From a virus: 64,000 nt of DNA. The position numbers and the translations under genes were made by a program. The stretch is taken from IMG/VR virus record IMGVR_UViG_3300048587_000983; one strand, 5' to 3'. Within the stretch, counting starts at the first letter, position 1. Each line of letters starts with the position of its first letter. Shown here one piece after another: positions 17,634 through 28,500 of the stretch. The notes under the pieces were generated by a model. That model had not been told where the DNA came from and did no database searches. It was given only the letters and a program-made list of their open reading frames with translations.

Positions 17634-20135
17634 TTAAAGCGACTGCTTATAGCCTGCAGGGGCTGTGGAGGGCAGGAGTCCTGCACCGTCCGCGGAGGCA
17701 CTCGCATAGACACCGCTCTGGGTCAGGAAGACGACTTTGAATCGTCCAAAAGCTCCCTGACCGCTGACGCCACCCGCGTCCCCGCTCGACCCACCAACCC
17801 CTATATTAACAGACGGAACACTGGTGCCGCCCGGTCCAGAGGCCCCACCGGCTCCACCAGAACCCGCGCTTCCTCCTCCACCTCCTGGACCACCGGCTCC
17901 ACCAGCACCTCCTGCCCCGCCGCCACCGCCACCGCCGCCTGAGAACAGGCCGGGAAGGCCTAAAGGAAATGCAGGTTTTCTAAAGTTGGCTCCACTGGCC
18001 CCGCTGCCCGCTGCTCCGCCGCTTCCGCCACCACCTCCACCGCTAGCACCGACCGAACCCGTCGGGTGAATCGCAGCCCCTCCTGCGGCACCTAAGCCTC
18101 CTACCAACCCGCTGCCAGGGTCTCCTGGGTTCCCAGGTAAGCCTGGTGGGGCGGGCTGCGGGCCCGCACCTCCACCTGCACCGGCTCCACCAGGGCTTCC
18201 TCCTGAGCCTCCCGTCGCCACTATGGGCCCCGGAGCAACAGCGATGTTGTCCACCCGTGATTGACCAGACCCACCACCGCCACCGCCGAATCCGGTCCCC
18301 CCTGCCGATCCTGTCGCACCCGTTGCGCCGGCTACGCCGTTCCAACCGTTACCGTTGACAGGAGCTGGTGTTGGAGCCGGGACATACGGCGGCCTTGGCG
18401 AAGGTGTAACAGTGCCTCCGGGCGAACCCGCAGCCCCTGGCGTTGGAGTCAGGGCAGCTGGAACGGCAGAGGCCTCACCGTTTAAAGTGCCGAGTGTCTG
18501 ACAATAGATGACAACCTGACCCGACGCACCGCTGCCTCCGGAGGCGCCGGGTGAACCCGAACCGCCTGTCCCTCCTGTCCCGCCGCTTCCGCCCGTTCCC
18601 CCATAACCACCTGTCCCGCCTCTTCCGCCAGCCCCGCCGTATGCACCGGACCCACCGCCGCCACCGCCTCCGGCGCCTGTCCTTGCCGAGTTTGTCGGAG
18701 GCGATCTCTGAGGACCGGCAATCCCTCCTGGAAGCCCCGGAGATCCGGCAGATGGAGGTCCGGCGCCCGGCGAGCCGGTACTGCCGACCGCAGCCACAGG
18801 AGCTATAGAACCCGCCGTGCCGGGCGTCCCTGAGCCACCAGCGACGTAATTTGTTCCGCTCTGACCTAAGGTCCGACACGCCAGATTTGAGATTGTCTTT
18901 GCCTTGATAAGAAGGATGCCGCCACCGGCTCCACCGTTCCCGAAGGCTCCTGCAGAGCCCCCTGGTCCACCTGCTCCTCCAGAGGCCCCGGCAGGACCGG
19001 GAGAGCCTGCACCACCTGCCCCACCCCCTCCGCCGGAACTTCCGCCCCCTCCGTTACCGCCAGCTCCTCCGTACACGAGAGGCGCGGGCACCGGGTAGCC
19101 GATTCCGCCCGCACCCCCTGAAGCCCCGGAGCCAGGGCTACCGGGCGCAACGTTGCCAAAGCTACCAGGAGGCACAGGAACATAAGTGGGCTCCGTCGTT
19201 TCGACACCAGACCCACCTCCACCACCCCCGCCTCCACTGCCGCCGGTGCTGCCGGTGTTCCCTGTTCCACCGGTACCTCCAGGAGTCCCGGGTAAGCCAC
19301 CGACTCCTGGCGACCCCGTAGCACCGACAATCCCATTACTACCAGCTGACCCGCCGCCTCCCATCAGTATTTTATCGAGAGAGCTGTTGCCCGTGGCTGC
19401 CCCGGCTGTTCCGGAAACTCCACCGCTCGACCCGCCAGCCCCGCTTCCTATTGCTGCGGTTTGAACAGTGTTTCGGCCTCCTGCACTTCCTTCGCCAGTC
19501 CCGGAGGCAACCGTCGCTCCTCGATAACCTTTCGCATCCGCATGCACGACCCCAGTGCCTGCGCAGTTAATCGAGGTCGCAAAGAAAGCGACAACCCCAC
19601 CGAGCGAGCCGTTCCAGGCTGAGCAGGTGAGCGCCGTTCCGTTGGGAACGGAGAGCGCTTTGTACTCCGGCATACGCATCAAAATTACTTTCTGCGAGCC
19701 GATGCTGGAGTTGTCTATGTCGCCGTAAAGCTTGGTGAGTGCGGTTTTTAGTGTGACATCGCTGACACCAACTGACTCAATGACGACGTATTCAAAATTC
19801 CCGACGTTGCCGTTATTAGCTGCTGTTCCCTGCAAATTGATAAGGAGACAGCAATCACCGGGCTTATAGTCGGAGATCGTTCCTGGAGCGAGAAAGCCCG
19901 AGAGCGAGAGGGTCTGACCGCTGATCGCAGTGATGTTTGAGACAACGGCGTCGACATTCCTCGAGTAGGGCGTGTTCGACCCGAGGCGCTCGGTGTTTAT
20001 ATCCTTTGTGCCGCTGACCGTGACATCGCCGTCGACTTCACGTCCAAAAGCAGGAAATGGGATTCCTGTTTGAACCGCAAATCCTGGATCCTCTTGCGAG
20101 AACGAAGGCGCGGCAGTTGCTTTGATTGATGGCAT
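17634..20135 (-). CDS. Glycine-rich adhesin/fibre-tip-like protein A (833 aa)
   Basis: About 200-aa globular N-terminal domain, then GGxGGxG/G-x-P scaffold with non-Gly loops. Collinear paralog of 20147..22690. Confidence 0.75.
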   Translation of the reverse strand: MPSIKATAAPSFSQEDPGFAVQTGIPFPAFGREVDGDVTVSGTKDINTERLGSNTPYSRNVDAVVSNITAISGQTLSLSGFLAPGTISDYKPGDCCLLINLQGTAANNGNVGNFEYVVIESVGVSDVTLKTALTKLYGDIDNSSIGSQKVILMRMPEYKALSVPNGTALTCSAWNGSLGGVVAFFATSINCAGTGVVHADAKGYRGATVASGTGEGSAGGRNTVQTAAIGSGAGGSSGGVSGTAGAATGNSSLDKILMGGGGSAGSNGIVGATGSPGVGGLPGTPGGTGGTGNTGSTGGSGGGGGGGGSGVETTEPTYVPVPPGSFGNVAPGSPGSGASGGAGGIGYPVPAPLVYGGAGGNGGGGSSGGGGGAGGAGSPGPAGASGGAGGPGGSAGAFGNGGAGGGILLIKAKTISNLACRTLGQSGTNYVAGGSGTPGTAGSIAPVAAVGSTGSPGAGPPSAGSPGLPGGIAGPQRSPPTNSARTGAGGGGGGGSGAYGGAGGRGGTGGYGGTGGSGGTGGTGGSGSPGASGGSGASGQVVIYCQTLGTLNGEASAVPAALTPTPGAAGSPGGTVTPSPRPPYVPAPTPAPVNGNGWNGVAGATGATGSAGGTGFGGGGGGSGQSRVDNIAVAPGPIVATGGSGGSPGGAGAGGGAGPQPAPPGLPGNPGDPGSGLVGGLGAAGGAAIHPTGSVGASGGGGGGSGGAAGSGASGANFRKPAFPLGLPGLFSGGGGGGGGAGGAGGAGGPGGGGGSAGSGGAGGASGPGGTSVPSVNIGVGGSSGDAGGVSGQGAFGRFKVVFLTQSGVYASASADGAGLLPSTAPAGYKQSL

Positions 20136-20146
20136 ATCACCGCTCC

Positions 20147-22690
20147 TTACAGAGAATTTTTGTAACCGACAGGGTTTGTGTCAGGGTAGAGTCCAGCTCC
20201 GTCCGCCGTCGCTGATGAAAAGGTGCCAGCTTTGGTCAGGTAGACCACACGGATTCTTGCAGCGGCACCTGCACTGGCCGGATCACCCGAAGACGCACTG
20301 CCACCGCCTGCACCGCGAACCGCCGCCGACCCGCCTGGCCCGGGTGAACCTGGTGTGCCTGCGGCTCCGCCAGCGCCGGCCGAGCCTCCGGAGCCGCCTG
20401 GCCCACCTGCACCGGGAGCACCAGCAAGGCCTCCAGCCCCTCCCCCTCCACCACCGGCAAGGACCACGAAAAGGAACGGACCGCTAGGATCGTAAGAAGA
20501 AGGACCGCCAACACCTCCTCCGGCGGCTGTAGGTGAGGCCGCACCTCCCCCAGTCGGCGAGTAAAATTGGGGGTTTATCTGTCCAGGGGGACTTACGCCC
20601 GCATAGTTGCCGCCGGATCCCCCGGGCGAGCCCGGTGAACCAGGTTGAGGGGTGTAGGGCGGGGACGAAGGCGGTGCCATAGTGGCTCCAGCCCCTCCTC
20701 CCCCTGCAGCACCGGTGGGCGCTCCAGAGCCTCCGCCGCCTGGCGGGTACGGCACGTCGTAGTCGCTATTTACCCAAATGCCGTGCTTTGTCCAGCCTCC
20801 GCCCCCTCCTCCACCACGAAAACCAGATGACCCTGCTGAACCGGCAGCGCCCGCCGCACCTGCTGCGCCCGGCCATCCGGCGCCGTTTATTGGCGAAGGC
20901 TGGGGAGCCGGTATATAGGGCGGCCTTGGGGACGGGGAAAGGGCTGGCGTCGGTGCGCCCGCAGAGCCGCTGGAAGGCGCGGGCGAGGCTGCAGTCGCTA
21001 CGCCGTTAAAAGTGATGGTTGTTGCTATCGTTCTGCAAAAAATGATCGCCTGACCGGCGGCACCCGAGCCCCCGCTGGACCCCTGACCGCCACCACCGCC
21101 GTCTCCCCCTCGACCGCCTTTCCCTCCCTGCCCGCCGCGCCCCCCAGCTCCGCCTCCGCCACCAGACCCACCTCCGCCACCAGACCCACCTCCGCCTCCG
21201 CCTCCAGGCACCCCCACATAGCTTATGGTGAAAGAAAAGGGGTTGAAGCCTGACCAGACAGGCTGAGGTCCGCTGCCGCCAGAAAGCCCCGGAGAGCCCA
21301 GACCTGCAGGTGGCGCAACAACCCCAGCAGCTCCTGCGTTTCCATCCAATCCAGCCGAAGAGTCGTTAGCGCTTGTTCCTGCGACTCCCAAGCTGCCGGC
21401 AGTGCCTACAGCACCTAATGTCTGACCAGAGAGATCTGAAACCGTTTCGATGTGCAGGAGAACGATCCCGCCGCCGGCCCCACCAGCCCCGAAGGGTCCT
21501 CCAGCCCCACCGAGTCCGCCGCTACTTCCAGCCCCACCAGCCCCACCAGGCCCGCCGGCCCCACCAGCCCCACCGGCGCCGCTGGTTCCTCCAGTGCCGC
21601 CATTGCCTCCAGCCCCCCCAGCAGACGTTCGGCCGAAGCCTTGAGGGACAGCCGGTCCTCCAGCCCCACCGGGTTGATTCCCAGAAGGTCTTGTGGTTCC
21701 TGGGTTACCCGGAATCAGCGTGGTTTGATTTAAAGGCTGGACTAGGTCGAACAGGCCGCCTGAAGCTCCACCACCGCCACCACCTCCGGCACCTCCAGCT
21801 GAACCAGGGTTTCCGTTGCCGCCCGTGCCGCCGATACCCCCAGAAAGACCCGTGCTTCCGGGCGTCCCCGTGGTACCAGACACACCGTCGACGCCGCTGC
21901 TTCCGCCGCCACCCAGGAAAATTTTTGATACGTCGGTGGAGCCTGTGGCAGCGCCCGCGGTACCAGGTGCGGCTAGCGTGCTCCCTCCAGCGCCGGCCCC
22001 GATATTTGCCGTTTGCACTGTGTTGCGGCCACCTTGCTCCCCCTCACCCGTACCCCCTGCGACTGAAGCTCCGCGGAAACCCTTTCCATCTGCGCTCACG
22101 ACGCCTCCGCCTGAGCAGTCGATCGATTTGGCGAAGAAAGCCACAACCCCACCGAGCGTCCCATTGAATGCCGAGCAAGTGAGGTTTGATGCCGCAGGCA
22201 TGGTGAGATCTTCAAACTCCGGCATCCGCATGAGCATGACTTTTTGTGAGCCGATGCTGTCATTATTAGTATCGCCGTAAAGCTTTTGTACCGGGGTTTT
22301 CAGCTTGATCGTGCCTGGTGCAATTACCTCATCGATGACCACATATTCAAAGTTCCCGACATTGGAATTATTTGAGACAGTGCCCTGGAGGTTTATTAAA
22401 AGGCAGCAATCTCCCGCCTTGAAATCAGTGATGACAGCGGGTGCGAGGATGCCTGTAATTGAGATCTGGAGCCAGGATATAGCTGTGACAGTCGCTGCGG
22501 GAGCGTCGACCGTTCGCGTATAGATGGCATTACTGCCGCTGCGCGTTGTATTGATGTCCTGCGTCCCGGACCAGGTTACATCTCCGTCCACGCCCCTTCC
22601 GAACGTCGGAAACGGAACAGCACTTTGAACACCAAAAGCAGCACGGTTTTGCGTGAAGGATGCGGGATCAGTGGCTTTAATCGACGGCAT
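20147..22690 (-). CDS. Glycine-rich adhesin/fibre-tip-like protein B (847 aa)
   Basis: Both start MPSIKAT and end V.LT..G..SA.ADGAGL.P...P.GYK.SL. Confidence 0.75.
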   Translation of the reverse strand: MPSIKATDPASFTQNRAAFGVQSAVPFPTFGRGVDGDVTWSGTQDINTTRSGSNAIYTRTVDAPAATVTAISWLQISITGILAPAVITDFKAGDCCLLINLQGTVSNNSNVGNFEYVVIDEVIAPGTIKLKTPVQKLYGDTNNDSIGSQKVMLMRMPEFEDLTMPAASNLTCSAFNGTLGGVVAFFAKSIDCSGGGVVSADGKGFRGASVAGGTGEGEQGGRNTVQTANIGAGAGGSTLAAPGTAGAATGSTDVSKIFLGGGGSSGVDGVSGTTGTPGSTGLSGGIGGTGGNGNPGSAGGAGGGGGGGASGGLFDLVQPLNQTTLIPGNPGTTRPSGNQPGGAGGPAVPQGFGRTSAGGAGGNGGTGGTSGAGGAGGAGGPGGAGGAGSSGGLGGAGGPFGAGGAGGGIVLLHIETVSDLSGQTLGAVGTAGSLGVAGTSANDSSAGLDGNAGAAGVVAPPAGLGSPGLSGGSGPQPVWSGFNPFSFTISYVGVPGGGGGGGSGGGGGSGGGGGAGGRGGQGGKGGRGGDGGGGGQGSSGGSGAAGQAIIFCRTIATTITFNGVATAASPAPSSGSAGAPTPALSPSPRPPYIPAPQPSPINGAGWPGAAGAAGAAGSAGSSGFRGGGGGGGWTKHGIWVNSDYDVPYPPGGGGSGAPTGAAGGGGAGATMAPPSSPPYTPQPGSPGSPGGSGGNYAGVSPPGQINPQFYSPTGGGAASPTAAGGGVGGPSSYDPSGPFLFVVLAGGGGGGAGGLAGAPGAGGPGGSGGSAGAGGAAGTPGSPGPGGSAAVRGAGGGSASSGDPASAGAAARIRVVYLTKAGTFSSATADGAGLYPDTNPVGYKNSL

Positions 22691-22699
22691 GAAGCGGCC

Positions 22700-23218
22700 T
22701 CACTCAAAGTATGAATCCTGATCGAGGTTGTCCGTGCCGCCCGCGTAATCAATACCAGCAGCAGGACCTACGCCCACAACGCCTGTGAAAGTTGTCTGCA
22801 GAATTCTATTATAGCTACCGGTTACGTAGACACAAGTCACCGGGTCGTCGTTATCGACCTGGAAAAAGCAGTCCTTTATGATCGCCCTTGTCTCGGGCAT
22901 CTCAACAAGGTTTCCGCTGGTTTTCCCCGAGATCACGGTGAGATCGCGTAGCTCTGACTTTGCAGCAAGGCTGAGACTTCCGCCCACACCGATGGTGAGT
23001 TTTTGGGCCCCATACTTCCCAAGCAGAAGGACTCCGGCAGGCACGACCAGTGCTGCGGTGATGGTGATATCATCCTGAAGACAGATGATCCCACCCGCCC
23101 CGTCGAGCGATGTGAGCGAGTTGGCAAGCTCGGTTGCCGTGGAGACGAGGACTGTTGGGTAGCCGTCTGAGATGCCTCCGCCGGCGCCTGATGTAACGAT
23201 GGAATTTGGTGTGGGCAC
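22700..23218 (-). CDS. Putative beta-helix (pectin-lyase-like) virion protein
   Basis: 172 aa with GG.I.L...I and I.DC.F / I.V.G..N.I beta-helix-like periodicity. Confidence 0.5.
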   Translation of the reverse strand: MPTPNSIVTSGAGGGISDGYPTVLVSTATELANSLTSLDGAGGIICLQDDITITAALVVPAGVLLLGKYGAQKLTIGVGGSLSLAAKSELRDLTVISGKTSGNLVEMPETRAIIKDCFFQVDNDDPVTCVYVTGSYNRILQTTFTGVVGVGPAAGIDYAGGTDNLDQDSYFE

Positions 23219-23245
23219 GGATCACCTCTCGAAAGTTTCAATTTT

Positions 23246-25510
23246 TCAAAGTTCGCGCGCGTTGAGTGTTCGATATGTGCTTGGCGCCGTGCCTGTGCCA
23301 GCCGTCACGTTCCAGAAGACCTCAATCAGGTTCTCACCCGCGGGGACGGGTACAACGGTTCTACAGGAGACCGTCTGCCTGTAGCCTGCGGTGGAAACCG
23401 TGACGTCGCTTTCGGTGAAGCTGTAGAAGACGCCGTTGACACAGAGAATAAGCGCTGTAATCGCACCAACGTTATTGTTGGTAACGACACAATGGTAGGC
23501 GATCTCAATGGGATTTCCCGATGTTTTTATAACCGTTGTGAGGTCTGGGAGAGGCGCAAGGGCGGTTCCTGAGTATGAGGGACCGTTCAACGCTCCGACT
23601 GCTTGTGAGACTGGTTTTAGGGTTCGATAGGCGGCCGGCAGTGTCCTTAAATCACCGATGGACGACGCTACATGAGAGACGCTTTGGTGTCTCATAGGGC
23701 CTAGTGCTTCGTAGGAGTGGAAAGGCGTGATGACGTCCACGCAGTCAAAGAGCATGGATACGGCGGAACCAACCTGTCTCGTGACTCGCAGCTTGTGAAA
23801 GCCCTGTGGAAGGTTAGTGACGCGCACCATCCACGTTCCCTGGTCCCCAGTTCCTGTAACCACACCCGCGGCGCTGAATGCGAGGCCTGCGCTTGAAAAG
23901 ATGGCTTTCGAGGACGCCCCGTTCGGTCCGGCGTTCAGCGCAAAGCCGTCAACAGTAAAGGCAAAGTTGACGTCAGAGTCGTCGGCGTAGCTTCGGAATT
24001 CAAAACCACTCCCGTAAAAAGTAATCTCGCCATACGAGTCGTTGGCGGTTGCTCCGAAATAAAAGCTTCCGCTGTTGCCGTAGTTGTAATTGACCTGGGT
24101 AAATGTGCCGTTATAGAAGGCCTCACGGTGGTATGTTTTTCGGATCACCCCCGTTGATACGCTAAAGGCTTGGTGGAGGTTGTTACTCACAAAGTTTGCA
24201 AGTATGAAATACCGGGCCAGGGCTTGAGCCCCCGCCGGAAGGCTGGGTGTGGCAGGAGTATATACCCGGAAGCCGACAAACCCAGGGCGGTTGGCTGTCG
24301 CTGCCACGTTCAACCGTATTTCCACAGTATGCGTGCCGTACGGTAGGCCACTGGCGATCTTCTCTATTCGTGAGAGCGTGCTTCCGGTGCTCGATAGAGT
24401 CCCGACAAGAGTTCTGTCGATATAAACCTGACAGCTATCGACAGCGGCGTTCGCAGTGTCCGCACGAATAATATCGAGCCCTACGCCTACGAAGGTTATG
24501 AAGATGCTACCGCTGGTATTTATCGTAAAACAGTGGACGTTGTTGCCCGGGTTTGCCCTTGCCAGAAAGCGCCCTTGGACAGACGTGCTGTTATCGTCAA
24601 GGATCGTCGTCTGACTTTCCGTGGGGCCTCCAAACGAGATGGACAGAAATTCGCCGAGGTAATACTCACGCCTTGTCTCCTCCGTGCCGTGATCGGTTGA
24701 GGTGAGGTAGGCTGCCGAAGCTCTGGTCGGTGTCAAGGCTCTGCCGATGGAGCCGTCCGACTTCTGGTAGACCAGCACATGACCGCCACGACCTGCGAGT
24801 GTCCCGGACTCAAATCCTGAGTTGTAGGTAAAGCTGCCGGCGGAAACCTGAAGTTTTTTTGTCCCGTAGGTTGTTGTAGCAGGCATATACGAGGTGGCGT
24901 TGGTGACGACCTCAAAACCGTAAACGTGAAGGTTTGTTCCGTTGTTTTGCGTGAGCCTGATTGTGTGGATGCCCAGCGATAGGTCTCTCGCCACATTCAC
25001 CATTGAGTAGGTCGCATAACCTCTCGAGTTCATAATTCCGCTGTTGGTGGACAGATCCCAAATGAGAGTTCCCGAGGCAACACCGTCAATAGTAACAGCT
25101 ACACTTCGCTCGTTCCCGTTTCCTGTTACGGTAAGGAGGTTAAGTTCAGTGCCATAAAAAGTGATCTCTACCGCTTCACCATTAGCAGCGCCCGATGTAG
25201 TGCTTACGTAGCTGCCGTTCGCTCCAGTCTGAGTAATCCAATTCCCGATAAAACGCAGCATGTCATCAAAGTCGTTCACAGCCTTGAAGACTGGCTTGTC
25301 AGGCGTAACGACCTCGGCCGGCATCCGAATGAGCGACGCGACGATGATACGCCTCGCGCCATGTTTTGGCAGACCGTCAGCAGTAAAATCAGTGACCGTT
25401 CCACGGCCTGTGACAATACTGTTGGGCGCAGCGATCCTTGGGAGGTCCGTATAGGTCTCGCTTATGAGACTGACTGGCACCGGAGGTAAAATTTCAGACA
25501 GAAGAGCCAT
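23246..25510 (-). CDS. Tail-associated protein with three carbohydrate-binding-like beta-sandwich repeats
   Basis: Repeats VEITFYGTELNL, IFITFVGVGLDII, GEITFYGSGFEF, each followed by V.IDG / L..G.HT.. motifs. ATG 25510 preferred over the track's 25519. Confidence 0.6.
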   Translation of the reverse strand: MALLSEILPPVPVSLISETYTDLPRIAAPNSIVTGRGTVTDFTADGLPKHGARRIIVASLIRMPAEVVTPDKPVFKAVNDFDDMLRFIGNWITQTGANGSYVSTTSGAANGEAVEITFYGTELNLLTVTGNGNERSVAVTIDGVASGTLIWDLSTNSGIMNSRGYATYSMVNVARDLSLGIHTIRLTQNNGTNLHVYGFEVVTNATSYMPATTTYGTKKLQVSAGSFTYNSGFESGTLAGRGGHVLVYQKSDGSIGRALTPTRASAAYLTSTDHGTEETRREYYLGEFLSISFGGPTESQTTILDDNSTSVQGRFLARANPGNNVHCFTINTSGSIFITFVGVGLDIIRADTANAAVDSCQVYIDRTLVGTLSSTGSTLSRIEKIASGLPYGTHTVEIRLNVAATANRPGFVGFRVYTPATPSLPAGAQALARYFILANFVSNNLHQAFSVSTGVIRKTYHREAFYNGTFTQVNYNYGNSGSFYFGATANDSYGEITFYGSGFEFRSYADDSDVNFAFTVDGFALNAGPNGASSKAIFSSAGLAFSAAGVVTGTGDQGTWMVRVTNLPQGFHKLRVTRQVGSAVSMLFDCVDVITPFHSYEALGPMRHQSVSHVASSIGDLRTLPAAYRTLKPVSQAVGALNGPSYSGTALAPLPDLTTVIKTSGNPIEIAYHCVVTNNNVGAITALILCVNGVFYSFTESDVTVSTAGYRQTVSCRTVVPVPAGENLIEVFWNVTAGTGTAPSTYRTLNAREL

Positions 25511-25531
25511 AACTTGCACCCCATAGTTTAC

Positions 25532-28500
25532 TTAGAATACGCCCCACCCTCTTGATCCGGCCATATAAACGAGCTGCACCTTGCTCCCGCTTACGTTGCA
25601 GACCAAATTTGACGCTGCACCTTCGATCTGACTTCCGTTGCGCGCGACGGTGAGGTTGTTCGTACCCCACGTGCTTTGTCCGTCCCAGATCTCCACCTCA
25701 TCGCCGACTGAAGGCGCTGGAGGAAGAGTTAGCGTAAAAGGTCCCCCTGAAGTGTTTGCGATGATTCTGTCGCCGTCGACCAGATCATACGCGGCAGTCT
25801 TTACCGTTGGCGTTGAAAGCCCCCCACTGGCTGCAATCGGTGTCGCATCCGAGGACATCGCCGGGTTGATCTGAATGTCTGTCGAGCTTCTTGCGAATCC
25901 GACGGGCACGATATATTGATTCAGTGTTGTTGGTCTTGTGGCAGTAAGATCGCCTGCGCTTGCGGGATCGGCATAATATGTAAGACCTGGAGTCAAACCA
26001 GCAAACCCGGTCATAGGTCCTGCACGCTGAACGGTAACTGTCGCACCGGAGAGGACAGTGGACTGCACAAAACCTATAGCCTGAGAGCGAATGGCGGCAA
26101 GCGTGGCGTGCCCGGCATTGACCAGGTAGAACTGACCTTGTGTTCGGCCCGTATCCCCCGCAGCATTGCCCGGCGAAAGATAGACCAATTCATTTGCCGT
26201 AAGGTTCTCACCAGCCAAACCTGATATGGTCTCGACGCCCGATTGCAACGAAACAATCGAACTGTCGGGCGACATCGAGGGGTTTACCTGGATCTCAGTT
26301 GCCGAGATTGCAAGTCCAACCGGCACAACCCAGTGGCCTAAGGTGGTCGGTCTCGTTGCCGTCAAGGCGCCAGGAGTTGAAGGGTCAGCATAGTAAAGCA
26401 GACCGGCTGTCAGTGCACTGAAGCCGTCCATAGGCCGGGAAAACTGAACGGATGCGGTGTTTCCTGCAGTCACAGTGGTTTGCACAAATCCAATTCCCTG
26501 GCTTCTAATTGCCGCCAAGGTTGAGTTGGCATTCCCTGCGTCACACTTATGGACCTGACCGAGCGTGCGCCCTGTATCACCGTTGGCGTTTCCGGGACTG
26601 ATGTAGACCAGCTCATTAGCTGCCAGATTTTCGCCAGCAGTGAAATCCAGCGTGGGTGCCGTATCAGCTTCAACCTGCTGTGTTCTCGCAGCCATGGCGG
26701 GGTTGATCCAAAGCTGCGTAACGCTCGTGCCGAGACCTACCGGGACACTCCACTGCCCAACTGTCACGGGTTTCGTTGTCGTCAGTGCCCCAGGCGTGAT
26801 GGGATCGGCATAGTAGACCATTCCCACGAGAAGCCCGACAAATCCACCCTTCTCGCCCGCCAGCTGAGCTTGCGAGGCGTTGCCCGCCGTGGCCGTCACC
26901 GTACAGATGCCAATTGCTTTGGCCCTGATTTCCGCGAGAGCGGGGTCTGCATTCCCAGCGTCGCACTTATAGAGCTGCCCCTGAGTCCGCGCCGTATCGC
27001 CAAGCGCTGTGCCGGGCGAAAGATAGACGAGATCGCCTTCGGTAAGGTTTTCCCCTGCTGTCGCGGTGAAAAAGTAGGTCAGCGCGTTGGAGCCGCCACT
27101 CGACGGCCTGAGCGGCAAAACCATGAGCTGCGTGGCGCTGAGGGCAAATCCGACAGGGTTTGAAAAGTAGGGGGCGGTCGGCTCTGTGACTGTAAGAGCG
27201 CCGGCCGTATCCTTGCTCACAAAGTAGTAGGCGCCCGGCGTAAGGCCGCTCAACCCTTCGACCGGACCGACAACGCGCACCGTGAAGTTATCAGCATCGG
27301 TGACTTCTTTGACAATCCCCTCGGCCATGGTGTAGCCGCTATCGGCCTGAGCGAGCTGCCAGTCGGTCCCATCAAAGTAAACCGGCTGGCCTACAGTGAA
27401 GCCGTGTGCCACCTGATTTGCATCAAAATCGGTTGGGCTGGCCACGACCTCAATAAGCTCAGCATCTGATGACATTGAAGGGTTGATGTCGAGCTGCGTG
27501 GCGTTGCGAGGCACTCCGACAGGGACAAGCCATTCGCCATCAGCCGTCGGCGCAGTTGAAGTGATCGCGCCTGGAGTGGACGGGTCCGCGTAATATTGAA
27601 TACCGGGCGTCAGGCCTACAAAGTTTTTTCTGAGCCCACCGAGCGCAACCTTGACATCGGCCCCTGTGAGCACCGTTGCCTGGCAGAAGCCGATCGCCTG
27701 GCTCCGGATCGCTGCGAGGGCTGGCGAGGCGTTTCCGGCGTCCACAAGGTAAATATCGCCCTGGGTTCTACCCGTATCGCCAGCTGCGTTTCCGGGAGAC
27801 ATATAGACAAGGTCATTTTCGCTCAGGTTTTCGCCCGCAGGCGCTTTGAGCGTGGTGGATCCGCCGCCCCCACCCACATCGAGCGTCAGAAGATTCACGA
27901 TGTTGATGTCAGTGATCGGATCGATTGCTATGCCGTCGGCGCTTGTGATAGCCACCTGACCGACCTTGGGACCGGAGTCAAATTCCGCCCGGACGGCAGC
28001 CGCCTGGCTGGCGCCGTCAGCGGACGCGGGCGTGACGATCACCCGGAGCTGGATTTGGTTTTCCGAGTCCGGCGTCGTTGACTCGAGGTTGATTGCAAAC
28101 CAGCGCCAAAGGCCAAGAGCCGGGACAACCGGCGTAAAGTTGAGACCAAGAGGCGTGATCCCGTCGGACTCGTAGATATCGCCCGTCGCAAAATCGATCT
28201 CAGCGCCGTCGAATTCCACAAGAAGGTTTTCGACCTGCGCCCCGAGCACGCTGCCTGAGAAGAGAGTTTTATAGGCGCCCGTGATCACGACCCGCGTGGA
28301 GTTGGGTGATTTCGGGAGAATCGAAACCTGCTCCAGGATCTGCTTGATGACGAGATCGAGATTACTGATGGCCTCGGGGTAGTTGTCGCCCGCCGCAAGG
28401 TTTTTCGTCGAGGAGTAGGCGTCGAAGTTCACATCGTTTGTGAAGCCAGCTCGATCTTTGAGAGCGACAGGAAGGCTTTCGCCGAAGACCCTCTCCTCGC

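Noticed and set aside
17824-21644. Plus-strand poly-proline ORFs
   Set aside because: Reverse-complement reading of Gly codons (GGN gives NCC).
17634-22690. Collagen or PE_PGRS annotation
   Set aside because: No long uninterrupted Gly-X-Y register and no PE domain; GGxGG runs with loops fit a polyglycine-II scaffold better.
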